This document shows positions 9,871-18,555 of a DNA stretch of 64,000 bases, piece after piece. Within the stretch, counting starts at the first letter, position 1, and every line of letters begins with the position of its first letter. The position numbers and the translations under genes are program-made. Under the pieces are notes generated by a model, which saw only the letters and a program-made list of their open reading frames with translations, made no database searches and had not been told where the DNA came from. The stretch is from Candidatus Zixiibacteriota bacterium (GTDB lineage: Bacteria > RBG-13-66-14 > B26-G2 > WVWN01): assembly GCA_050117845.1 (NCBI GenBank), contig JASFLY010000005.1, positions 32,001-96,000 on the forward strand. Direction: 5' to 3'.

Positions 9871-11529
9871 TTACTGCCCGTTTTCGGGCGTCGGCGTCCC
9901 GGTTTCTTCGCTCTCTTCGTCACCGCCGGGGCCCGGCAACTCTGCGGGCCATTCCAGCCTGTCCTCGCCCATGTGGTCGATCATCCACGTGGCCGAAGCG
10001 GCGTAATCGGAACCGGGGTACGCGGCGAGCAGGGCCCGGAATTTATCCTTGGCGGTGGCGTAGTCCTTTATTTCCTCGGAGTAGAGGAATCCCGCCATGA
10101 ACAGGGCTTTATCGGCCCCCTCGTTATCGGGGAAGCGTTCCACGAATTTCTCGTAAGCCATTATCGCCATGAGCGGCGTGGCGGCCGTTTCGGCGTCGGC
10201 CATGAGTTCGTCCGCCGACATGTCGTCATAGGTGCGGGCCCAGCCGAAGCGTTCCACCTTGTATTTCTTCTCCAAGTCGACGAACGCCTGTTCATAATAA
10301 TCGCGCTGGCGTTCCTCCCGGATCTTACTCATGATCCGGTCGCGGACTTCGTCAAACTCCATCTGCCGGAACTCGCGGCGGCGGTCCACGCGGAAGACGT
10401 AGAAGCCGTCTTCGAGTTCAAACGGCCCCAGGACGTCGTTCTCGGCCGCGGCGAAGAGGGCCTGTTCGACTTCCTCGTTCCGGCCTATGCCCGGAATGTA
10501 GCCGTCCGGCCTGATCCAGCCCAGAAGGCCGCCGTTGTTCTTTGTCTGCTCGTCGACCGATTCCACTTTGGCGAGCGCCTCGAAGTCCTTGCCGGCGCGG
10601 GCCTGCCGAATTACTTCGCCGGCCTTCGCGGCCGTCTTCAGGACGATCTGGCGGGCGAGGACACCTTCCTCGATAACGAACTCGTCACGATGGTCGTTGA
10701 AGTAGTCGCGGGCGTCGCTCTCCGGCACGAGGATCCGGTCGCGGATGCGGCCGCGGACCTGGTCGAGCGGCGCATATGAGGATTCGGTCCGCTCGTCCAC
10801 CATGAATATATGGTAACCGCGGTCGCCGGCGGTCGGGGCGGAGGGTTTGCCGGGTTCGAGGTTGAAAACGACCTCCTCGAAGTTTTCGCATTTGCCCACC
10901 TGGAACGGCGTGTGGCCCTCCTTGACTTCTCCGATGAGGCCGCCCTGGTGCGAGGAATACTCGTCGATGGAAAGCTCGGCCGCGACGGCGCCGAAGTCTT
11001 CGCCCCCGTTCAGACGGTCGAGGGCCACGGCGGCGTCGGCTTCGGTCTCAACCAGTATGTGCCGCAGCTTAACGCTCGCCGGTTCGCGGAAGTCATCCTT
11101 GTTCGCCTCGTAATAACGGGCGATTTCCTCTTCCGGTATGCCGAGGGTGGTCGCGATGTACTGCTGGAAATACGTCGAGGCCAGGATGCGAATACGGGCG
11201 TCCTCTATGTCCCGTTTGACCTTCGGGTCCTTATCGAGTTTGACGCGTTCGGCTTCGGCGACCAGCATGTTGTTTTTGAGCCAGACGTCGAGGAGGATCT
11301 TCCGGCCTTCGGGCCCCGCGTAGGAGCGCCGTTCGACCGGGCTCATGAGCTCCAACATTTCGTCGAGGTCGCGTTCCCGTATCTTCTCGCCGTCGACGAT
11401 CGCGATTACGGCGTCGGGGTCGTAACCTTTATCGTCGCCGTCACCGGTGTCCATCTCGCCGGCGGCTATCGTCGCGAACGCCACGAGCGCGAATACTATT
11501 AACCTTTTCCATTCCGTTCCGCGCGCCAT
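9871..11529 (-). CDS. Exported peptidyl-prolyl isomerase, two parvulin domains plus a C-terminal TPR-like region
   Basis: RHILV...G.DF...A.ELS.D..S...GG.IG repeated twice; FP....ADKALF..GF.Y. Confidence 0.85.
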   Translation of the reverse strand: MARGTEWKRLIVFALVAFATIAAGEMDTGDGDDKGYDPDAVIAIVDGEKIRERDLDEMLELMSPVERRSYAGPEGRKILLDVWLKNNMLVAEAERVKLDKDPKVKRDIEDARIRILASTYFQQYIATTLGIPEEEIARYYEANKDDFREPASVKLRHILVETEADAAVALDRLNGGEDFGAVAAELSIDEYSSHQGGLIGEVKEGHTPFQVGKCENFEEVVFNLEPGKPSAPTAGDRGYHIFMVDERTESSYAPLDQVRGRIRDRILVPESDARDYFNDHRDEFVIEEGVLARQIVLKTAAKAGEVIRQARAGKDFEALAKVESVDEQTKNNGGLLGWIRPDGYIPGIGRNEEVEQALFAAAENDVLGPFELEDGFYVFRVDRRREFRQMEFDEVRDRIMSKIREERQRDYYEQAFVDLEKKYKVERFGWARTYDDMSADELMADAETAATPLMAIMAYEKFVERFPDNEGADKALFMAGFLYSEEIKDYATAKDKFRALLAAYPGSDYAASATWMIDHMGEDRLEWPAELPGPGGDEESEETGTPTPENGQ

Positions 11530-11570
11530 ACAGTCACCACCCGTTGTTTACGGCCGGTTCGCCCTTGGTC

Positions 11571-11837
11571 TTATTTTTCGGTTTTATTTTTGGAATCTTT
11601 ACCGCTGGTCGCGGCGGCAGGTTCGCGGTCCTTGGCCGCGGCCTTTTTGTAGGAGTCGCTCCGGTAATCCGTGGTGTAGAAGCCGGACCCCTTGAAGATT
11701 ACGCCCGCGCCGCCGCTAATGAGCCGTTTGCTCTTGGCGCCGCACTTCGGGCACTTGGCGCCCGGTTTGGACGTAATCGATTGGAATTTATCGAACCTGC
11801 ACCCGCAAGCGGGACATTCGTATTCGTACGTAGGCAT
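11571..11837 (-). CDS. FmdB-family zinc-ribbon protein
   Basis: MPTYEYECPACG...CPKCG...FKGSGFYTTDY. Confidence 0.92.
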   Translation of the reverse strand: MPTYEYECPACGCRFDKFQSITSKPGAKCPKCGAKSKRLISGGAGVIFKGSGFYTTDYRSDSYKKAAAKDREPAAATSGKDSKNKTEK

Positions 11838-11849
11838 AATATCAGGGGC

Positions 11850-12014
11850 TTATCCCCAAGGGTTGGGGCGCGTCGATTCGGCCAGTTTCTCGGGAGGCAC
11901 CAACTTCTTCGAGGCCGCGACCCAGTAGCGGTTGGGGATTAGGATAAGCGCCGCCGTAAGGGCAAGAAGGACGATAACGACGACGCGGTAAATGGTTTTG
12001 GATTCGTTCGCCAT
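11850..12014 (-). CDS. Small membrane protein (54 aa)
   Basis: MANESKTIYRVVVIVLLALTAALILIP... single TM; ATG 12014. Confidence 0.5.
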   Translation of the reverse strand: MANESKTIYRVVVIVLLALTAALILIPNRYWVAASKKLVPPEKLAESTRPNPWG

Positions 12015-12103
12015 ATGGCAAGGGATTACCGTACAGATTGCTAATTTTACCATAATTGAGGCCGGGTTGCAACGTAATATGAGGAATAAGGGCGCCGGGG
12101 CGT

Positions 12104-12572
12104 CGTAGGGCGCGGTCTTTAGACCGTGCCACTGGCATTCTTGTTGGTGGTTAGAGAACCGCTTTGGCCGCCGCGTGGCGTCGGCCGTCGCGGGCTCCGG
12201 GCGCCTCCTCGTAAACTGCGGGGTCGCCCTCCGCAAATTATTTTAACGTACGGCGCGTGCGGTCTTAAGGCCGGGCCTCGGAAATCGACATATCAAACAA
12301 GAACGTAAGGTGGGCCGGTCTGAAGACCGGCCCCTACGTTTTCCCGGCATCGGGTGGCGGCACCGCACCGGGGCCCGTGGTCACATCGGCGTTCGTAGGG
12401 GCATATGGTCGGTGGGGCCGGCATTCCTGCCGACTATAAATCACCTTAATGTAGGGGCCGACCTTTAGGTCGGCCCGGTTTTACGGTAGCCGCAACTGAG
12501 GGTGCGGCCCTACGAATATCCTTCGGCGGCGCCGGCATTCCTGCCGGTGGTTAGATAACCGCTTTGGCCGCC
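12104..12572. repeat. Cluster of REP-like palindromes
   Basis: GTAGGGGCCGACCTTTAGGTCGGCCC (12451), reverse-oriented GGGCCGGTCTGAAGACCGGCCCCTAC (12312), GTAGGGCGCGGTCTTTAGACCGTGCC (12105); second class (G)CCGGCATTCCTGCCGG; 39-nt direct repeat 12134-12172 / 12534-12572 (35/39 identical). Confidence 0.7.
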
Positions 12573-12621
12573 TCGCCGCTTTGACGGATAACGCATTATT
12601 CCCAACGGGATATAGGGTGTC

Positions 12622-13467
12622 CTAACGGCAGTTGATTACAATCAATATGAGAGTAATGAGAATAAAAAGGGCTATGATTAGAAATGCCGATACGAACTCC
12701 CGGTCCCGGAAAAATGCCGGGAATTTCCCACGGCGTTTGCGCTTCTCTTCGGCCTTTTCCCACTGGTTTAAATATCCCGGTTCCGTAATTCGGATTTTAT
12801 CGGAGTAATAAGCAAGCTTCTCTATGCGTTCCGAATAAGGTAGGTAATTAACCGTATACGTAATGGGAAAGGTCCCGTACGTATACGAGAATAAAATCGC
12901 TACTATCCGCTTCAACCGTTCGACGTCGAGGGGGAGGACTTCGTCGGCGAAGTCGAACAACGCCAATATCCCCCGGACCCTTTCCTCGTTCAATATCCCC
13001 TTGTACTGGCAGCGTTCGAAGGCCGACTCGGCATAGTGGAAACAACTCTCCTGTAAAACTTTACTTAGCCGGTCCTTTTCCTCCGCTTCAACGTGCGCCA
13101 GGGCCCTTTTGAAAAACGACACGGCCCTGGTCGCGACTTCCCGCGTCGCCGAACGATCATCCAGTGCGGCCAATCCTCTTCCGCACCATGCTACGGCGTC
13201 GGTAATATCGAACTCCAAAACCTTCGAAAAATACTTATCGGCGCCGGCGGCGTCGCCGACTTCCTGGGCGGCATAAGCCAATTCGTAATAATTGCGGATA
13301 TCCTTCGATTTCCCGCGGTAGGAATCTTCTAATATTATTTTGTTCCCGCAATAATCGCAATATCCCTCCCCGCTTTTTTCCAGGGAGAAGATAGCGCCGC
13401 AGGCGGGGCACCTCGCGGCGATGAGGCCGGCTCCCTCCATGTATTTGCTTCCCACGTCGTCGACCAT
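12622..13467 (-). CDS. Hypothetical zinc-ribbon/TPR protein with C-terminal TM anchor
   Basis: CPACG...CDYCG; YFSKVLEFD...AW.GRG TPR-like; hydrophobic C-terminus. Confidence 0.7.
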   Translation of the reverse strand: MVDDVGSKYMEGAGLIAARCPACGAIFSLEKSGEGYCDYCGNKIILEDSYRGKSKDIRNYYELAYAAQEVGDAAGADKYFSKVLEFDITDAVAWCGRGLAALDDRSATREVATRAVSFFKRALAHVEAEEKDRLSKVLQESCFHYAESAFERCQYKGILNEERVRGILALFDFADEVLPLDVERLKRIVAILFSYTYGTFPITYTVNYLPYSERIEKLAYYSDKIRITEPGYLNQWEKAEEKRKRRGKFPAFFRDREFVSAFLIIALFILITLILIVINCR

Positions 13468-13536
13468 ATGGATTCCCTCGTTAAACCAGATCGTTTATCG
13501 CACTTTATTAAGTGTGTCCTCACATATATTACCCGG

Positions 13537-13585
13537 CCGCTCCCGCCGCGTCAAGCCGATTAAAAAACCGGCCTGACGGCCGGCT
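13537..13585 (-). repeat. 49-bp exact direct repeat, copy 1 (terminator hairpin plus -35 box)
   Basis: Identical to 14806-14854. Confidence 0.9.
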
Positions 13586-13709
13586 CGTAGTATTATAACG
13601 AAGAGTGGGAGGTTCTGTTATAAGGTGTTATGTGAAGAACGGCTATAACGCGGAATGCCCGGGGGTGCGGTATTACGTTGTAGGAGTCCCGAGGGCTTCC
13701 CCTTCCGGG

Positions 13710-14762
13710 TTATTTAACGTACATAAGTCGGAAATGAGTACCCAATTCCCGCGGTAGGTTAATCTCTATTCGCGGCGTCGATTCCTTCAACGGGTAGTTT
13801 ATAAGTACGGTCTCGCCGTCCTGGTAGACTAGAAAAAGGAGTTCTCCGCGTGATCTGGAAAACATGACCGGTAACAATACTGCGTCGCCTATTTTTCCAA
13901 CCGCTTCGTTGTGAGAAGATGTGCTATAGAAGAGATAAGTAATAAAAGTATCGTTATACCCGTCGGGTATGGCGGGGATACACCAATAAGAAACCGGCTT
14001 TTTAAGACCGTCTTCGCTGAAGGCGCACGGATCGTTGAGGAAAATGAATCTGTGATCTGACCACGGGTATAAAAAGGCGACGGAGCCGTCCCGGGTGTTC
14101 AATAATCCTAGCCTTCGCGCGTACGGGTATTCTTCGTAAAATACGTACAACTTATCCGGTTCCGGGTAGCCGGCCTCGATTTCTGAAAAAAACGGTAGGG
14201 TAGTAACTAGTTCTAGTTCGGTCGAACCAGACCGATAGTTATATAAGGCCGTATCGCCCGTTTTACCTGTCTTCCTATAATATGGTTCGTAAGTCGTCTC
14301 GACGCTACTTCCAGGTTCCCCTCGGTCCGTTACCGCGATATAAAAACGAGTTTCTTGCTTATCGTAAACCGACGTTATTCTTGAACCTTCGTCGAACTTC
14401 TTTTCGAAAACCGGCTTCGTAGTATATCCTTTATTATTGGTGTTTATCTCGAATAGGATTATCGCGCTTGAATAGCTGCCGTAGTAATAACCGTAGATTA
14501 AAATATACCGATGATCTTTGCTTAAGCAACAACCGGTTATTTTAAAGCCTTCAATTTTTAAAAGCGGGGATATTTCGCCCGTATCCAGATTTACGTTATA
14601 TATATTGCTACCGTTTTGTTCTTCGAGGGAGTAAAACGCACCTAGGATTAAAGCTTGAAGAGGGGGAGGGTTTTCGGGTTCGGGGACCGATTCCCCATAG
14701 CCCGGAGCTACGGCCCCGAATAACGCCGTAGCAATAAAAAGCAGACGCATACAATACCTCAT
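13710..14762 (-). CDS. Hypothetical secreted protein, lower GC than surroundings
   Basis: 350-aa ORF with signal peptide; AT-richer codons; beta-propeller-like pattern. Confidence 0.7.
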   Translation of the reverse strand: MRYCMRLLFIATALFGAVAPGYGESVPEPENPPPLQALILGAFYSLEEQNGSNIYNVNLDTGEISPLLKIEGFKITGCCLSKDHRYILIYGYYYGSYSSAIILFEINTNNKGYTTKPVFEKKFDEGSRITSVYDKQETRFYIAVTDRGEPGSSVETTYEPYYRKTGKTGDTALYNYRSGSTELELVTTLPFFSEIEAGYPEPDKLYVFYEEYPYARRLGLLNTRDGSVAFLYPWSDHRFIFLNDPCAFSEDGLKKPVSYWCIPAIPDGYNDTFITYLFYSTSSHNEAVGKIGDAVLLPVMFSRSRGELLFLVYQDGETVLINYPLKESTPRIEINLPRELGTHFRLMYVK

Positions 14763-14805
14763 CTTTTATCGTTAGATATAGATAGTATGTTTATATCTTA
14801 CCTGT

Positions 14806-14854
14806 CCGCTCCCGCCGCGTCAAGCCGATTAAAAAACCGGCCTGACGGCCGGCT
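14806..14854 (-). repeat. 49-bp exact direct repeat, copy 2
   Basis: Identical to 13537-13585. Confidence 0.9.
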
Positions 14855-14878
14855 TTCGTACTCTTCAATATTTACTCT

Positions 14879-15589
14879 CTAAACTAAGCCGTTCTCCCGC
14901 AGCAGCGCCTCGTCGTCCAGAATGCCGTTCGCCGGTCCCGCTGCGACCACCCGGCCCCGCGCCAGCACCGCCGCCTCGGGGCACAGCTCCCGCACGAACG
15001 CCAGGTCGTGGCTCGCGATTATCTTGGTGCCGGGAAGCGTCGCCAGGAGTTCGCCGAGCTCGCGGCGGCCGCGGCCGTCGAGATTGGCGGTCGGCTCGTC
15101 GAGCGCGAGGACCTCGGGCCTGAGGCTCAGTACCGCCGCCAGCGAGGCCCGGCGCCGCTCGCCGAGGGACATGTGATGGGGAGAACGCTTCTCCATGCCG
15201 GTAAGGCCCACGGCGGCCAGCGCGTCCCGCACCCGCGTCGCGACCTCCTCCTCCGGGAGGCCCAGATTCCGGGGGCCGAAGGCCACGTCGTCCTCGACGC
15301 GGGGCATGAAGAGCATGTCGTCCGGGTCCTGGAAGACGAGGCCCACGCGGCGACGTATTTCCCGGGCGTTGCGCCGCGTTATCGTTTCGCCGAATATCCG
15401 CACGGCGCCGTTGCTCCCGATAAGGCCGTTGAGGTGGAGCAGGAGCGTGGACTTCCCGGCGCCGTTGGCCCCCAACAGGCCGAACGTCGTACCCGCCGAT
15501 ACGGAAAGGTTCACGCCGGCGAGGGCCGGCGTGCCGTCAGGGTAAGTATAATTTAAGTTACTTATATCGACCGCAGCGGCCATAATCAT
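14879..15589 (-). CDS. cbiO: ECF transporter ATPase (CbiO/NikO)
   Basis: GANGAGKST, VFQDPDD, MSLGERRR, LDEPT. Confidence 0.9.
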   Translation of the reverse strand: MIMAAAVDISNLNYTYPDGTPALAGVNLSVSAGTTFGLLGANGAGKSTLLLHLNGLIGSNGAVRIFGETITRRNAREIRRRVGLVFQDPDDMLFMPRVEDDVAFGPRNLGLPEEEVATRVRDALAAVGLTGMEKRSPHHMSLGERRRASLAAVLSLRPEVLALDEPTANLDGRGRRELGELLATLPGTKIIASHDLAFVRELCPEAAVLARGRVVAAGPANGILDDEALLRENGLV

Positions 15590-16266
15590 ACTTTATACGG
15601 GTCGTAGCCCCGGCTCAGCATCGCGCCCCAGACGCGTTCCGCCCGTTCGTAACTCCGGACGAATAGGGCGCCGACGGCGGGCCCCAGGGCCCGGAACTGC
15701 GCGAAGCGGCGCCGGCCGAAGTAGCGCGCCGACCACGCCCGCGAGAGCCGTTCTATCTCGTCGACGAGTACGAATATATATCGGTAGGTGAAGGAGAGTA
15801 GCGAGAGTAAGAACGCGGGGACGCGGAACCAGGCCAGGCCCCGCAGCAGCGTCCGAAAGGGCGTCGTCGCGAGCAAAAGGACGACGTACGCCAGCGAGAG
15901 GTAGGCCTTGGCGATAACCGTTAAGTATAACCGGAGCCCCGCGTCCGTTGCGGTCCAGACGTATCCGAAAGCGGTCGGTTCCCATATCGCCCGGCCCTCG
16001 GTGGTGAAGGGGAGGAACGCGCCGATTATTACGGCGAAGGGTAGGACTGCCGCGGCCCGCCGGAAGACGTAGAGTACCGGAAGGCGTGAAAGGCAGACCG
16101 CGGCAACCAGGAGGCCGGCCGCACCCGCTCCGAGCCACGCCGGCGGCGTCCGAAACGCGTTGAGCGTTACGAGTACCGTGGCGACGGCTACGATCTTGAT
16201 GCGGGCGTCGAGCCGGTGAAACGGTCCGTTTAAATCGCTGTGCTTGTCGAGAAAGTCGTGCCTCAT
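15586..16266 (-). CDS. cbiQ: ECF transporter T component (CbiQ/NikQ)
   Basis: HRLDARIK, YRYIFVL.DE, RSYERAERV..AM.SRGY. Confidence 0.9.
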   Translation of the reverse strand: MRHDFLDKHSDLNGPFHRLDARIKIVAVATVLVTLNAFRTPPAWLGAGAAGLLVAAVCLSRLPVLYVFRRAAAVLPFAVIIGAFLPFTTEGRAIWEPTAFGYVWTATDAGLRLYLTVIAKAYLSLAYVVLLLATTPFRTLLRGLAWFRVPAFLLSLLSFTYRYIFVLVDEIERLSRAWSARYFGRRRFAQFRALGPAVGALFVRSYERAERVWGAMLSRGYDPYKV

Positions 16267-16553
16267 TGCTCCCGACGTTTACGCAATACGAAGGCCAAGC
16301 CGAAGGCGACGCCGAAGGTGAGAAGCGTGCCGACGGCTCCCGCTACGGCGGTGGCCCCTCCTTCGCTCGTTACCCCGGGGAAAGCGTAGTCGGGGATAGG
16401 AGACGATACGAGCGGTTCGCCCTCGCCGCGTTCGAGGAACCCTTTGTCTTCGGCCACGCGCTCCAGGCCGTCCAGCCAGCCGCACGCGAACGGCGATATG
16501 ACTATGCCGAGGAATACGGCCACGCCGAGCGCTATCCAGATAAACGTTTTCAC
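16263..16553 (-). CDS. PDGLE-domain (NikN-like) accessory membrane subunit
   Basis: GTG 16553 overlaps the cbiM stop (GTGA); SPFA...DGLERVAE...PIPDY. Confidence 0.85.
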   Translation of the reverse strand: MKTFIWIALGVAVFLGIVISPFACGWLDGLERVAEDKGFLERGEGEPLVSSPIPDYAFPGVTSEGGATAVAGAVGTLLTFGVAFGLAFVLRKRREQ

Positions 16554-17197
16554 GAGGCCGCACCTCCCCGGGCGAGTTCCATCAGGTCGGGTCGGGCGAC
16601 GCGAACCGCCGCCACCGCCGCCGTCGTGATCAAACCCTCGCCGATGCCGATTAACGCGTGCACTCCCGCCATCGCCGGGAGAACGACGCCCAAAGGCGCG
16701 GTGCCCGAAATAGCGAGTTCCAGGGCGCACGCCGACGCCGCGACGACGGTCGCGAGCCACGCGCCCGCGAATGTCCCGACGAAGCGGCCGGCGTCGCCGG
16801 CGATAGCTTTACTGATTAATCGATATACGCCGTAGCCCACGAAGGGCCCCACGACCGCCATATTGAAGACGTTGGCCCCGAGCACCAGGATGCCGCCGTC
16901 GCCGAAGGCCAGCGCCTGGATGACGAGTACCGTTGTCATCACGAGTACGCCGGCCCAAGGGCCGAGCAGTATGGCGACGAGAGCGCCGCCCGCGAAGTGG
17001 CCCGACGTGCCGCCGGCCACGGGGAAGTTGAGCATCTGCGCCGCGAAGACGAACGCCGCCAGCACCGCCATCAGCGGAACCGCGCGTTCGCTGAGGACCC
17101 GGCGTACCCGGGCCGCGGCGGTGGCCACGAAGCCGGCGCCCACGAGGTCCAGCGCCACGAAGGTCTTCGCGTCCAGAAAACCGTCCGGTATATGCAT
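16550..17197 (-). CDS. cbiM: ECF substrate component CbiM/NikM
   Basis: MHIPDGFL N-terminus, AQMLNFPV.GGTSGH, QAL.FGDGG. Confidence 0.93.
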   Translation of the reverse strand: MHIPDGFLDAKTFVALDLVGAGFVATAAARVRRVLSERAVPLMAVLAAFVFAAQMLNFPVAGGTSGHFAGGALVAILLGPWAGVLVMTTVLVIQALAFGDGGILVLGANVFNMAVVGPFVGYGVYRLISKAIAGDAGRFVGTFAGAWLATVVAASACALELAISGTAPLGVVLPAMAGVHALIGIGEGLITTAAVAAVRVARPDLMELARGGAAS

Positions 17198-17214
17198 ATC
17201 CTCGTACCCTCCTT

Positions 17215-17967
17215 TTAGAGTACGCCCCAGGTCAGGCCCGCTGTGACGGCCGTTTCGCCGTCGGCGGCGCCGAGGCCGACCGACACGCCGGCGTCAACGG
17301 CCAGGTTCTCCAGAACGCCCACGCTAACGCCGCCCCCGGCGGCCATGGGGTATTCTTCGTTCCCGGGGGAGGTCTCCTCGCTCGCGAGTTCCGCCAGGAA
17401 CTCGGCCGCGAGCGAGACCGGCCCGAAGGCCGCGAACTCCGCGGCCGCGGCCACGTTCGCCGCGCCCTCGCCGTCGCCCTCGTCAGGGATAGCGTACGCG
17501 TAACCGACGTTGGCGTGCAGCGCCAACGGCCCCGTTGCGAAGCTGAAGGCCGCGAGTGCGCCCACGTCGGTCGTCCCGGAGCCCAGGCCCTTTTCGTCGT
17601 CGCCCGTGGCGAGTTTCGCCTCCGGCACGAAGGCGAGGGCCGGCCCGGCCTCCTCGTCGCCGAACGCCATTATCTTGGCCCGCAGGGCGACATCGCCGAT
17701 GCCGGATTCCCCGTCGCCCTCTTCCGGAGAAATGATTACGACCGGCACTTCGGCCGCGACGTTTAGCGTGTCGAGTACACCGTACGTCCCTACGAAACAG
17801 GGGCCGTACTCCTGGCCCGCTTCGTCGACGCTAACGTAATCGAAACCCACTTCGACCTCGAGGCCGCGGGCCGCTACGCCGTAGGCGTCTTCCGTCGAAA
17901 GCGGCCTCCCGGCCCAACAGGGGGCGGCGGCCGCGCACATCATTAAAACCCACGCGAAACCTTTCAT
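17215..17967 (-). CDS. Exported putative outer-membrane transporter in the Ni/Co operon
   Basis: Signal peptide, RPL.TEDA, G.GD...AK, TGD...GLGSG.TD, beta-strand pattern. Confidence 0.65.
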   Translation of the reverse strand: MKGFAWVLMMCAAAAPCWAGRPLSTEDAYGVAARGLEVEVGFDYVSVDEAGQEYGPCFVGTYGVLDTLNVAAEVPVVIISPEEGDGESGIGDVALRAKIMAFGDEEAGPALAFVPEAKLATGDDEKGLGSGTTDVGALAAFSFATGPLALHANVGYAYAIPDEGDGEGAANVAAAAEFAAFGPVSLAAEFLAELASEETSPGNEEYPMAAGGGVSVGVLENLAVDAGVSVGLGAADGETAVTAGLTWGVL

Positions 17968-17975
17968 AATACCTC

Positions 17976-18004
17976 CGTAACACGCTAATGATAATAGTGT
18001 TACG
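17976..18004. promoter_or_regulatory. Candidate NikR operator CGTAACAC-N13-GTGTTACG
   Basis: Perfect 8-bp inverted repeat between a minus-strand TTGACA-17-TACCCT promoter and the GGAGG RBS of the transporter operon; nikR adjacent. Confidence 0.8.
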
Positions 18005-18031
18005 AGAGGGTAATAAAAAACGGTTCGCGTG

Positions 18032-18451
18032 TCAAGGCAATTCGTCCCCCGCCGCGACGAGGGTGAGTTTGCCGTGTTTTACCCCCCGGGCGCCGATGAG
18101 ACGGTCGGCCAGCTTCCGGATTTTATCCGCCCGGCCTCGCACGACGAGTACCTCCAGGCAGTGGTGACGGTCGAGGTGGACGTGCAGCGTCGAGACCACA
18201 ACGTCGACCTCGTCGTGCTGGATGGATGTGAGTTTTTCCTGGAGATCCGCGGTATGGTGGTCGTAGACGAGGGTTACGGTTCCCACGGCCTGTCCCTTGC
18301 CCGCGCGCCACGCCTCCTCCGCCAGGTAGTCCCGGATGAGGTCGCGTATGGCTTCCGAGCGGGAAGCGTAGCCCTTTCCCGAGATGAGTTTATCGAAGGC
18401 CGCGAGTAGCTCGTCCGCCAACGAAACGCCGAATCGTACTATTTTTACCAT
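18032..18451 (-). CDS. nikR: Nickel-responsive regulator NikR
   Basis: RFGVSL..., SRSEAIRDLIR, YDHH, QH, HVHLD.HHCLEV. Confidence 0.96.
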   Translation of the reverse strand: MVKIVRFGVSLADELLAAFDKLISGKGYASRSEAIRDLIRDYLAEEAWRAGKGQAVGTVTLVYDHHTADLQEKLTSIQHDEVDVVVSTLHVHLDRHHCLEVLVVRGRADKIRKLADRLIGARGVKHGKLTLVAAGDELP

Positions 18452-18555
18452 ATACGTTTGATGCTTTTAAGCCGCTTATCCGATTACGGCCAAGCTACGG
18501 GATTATAAATTATCCTCGTCGTTTACGAAAGGGAAAATCCGGCCCCGCCCGGCCG

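Noticed and set aside
12104..12572. CRISPR array
   Set aside because: Repeats are non-identical, irregularly spaced and in both orientations; no cas genes.
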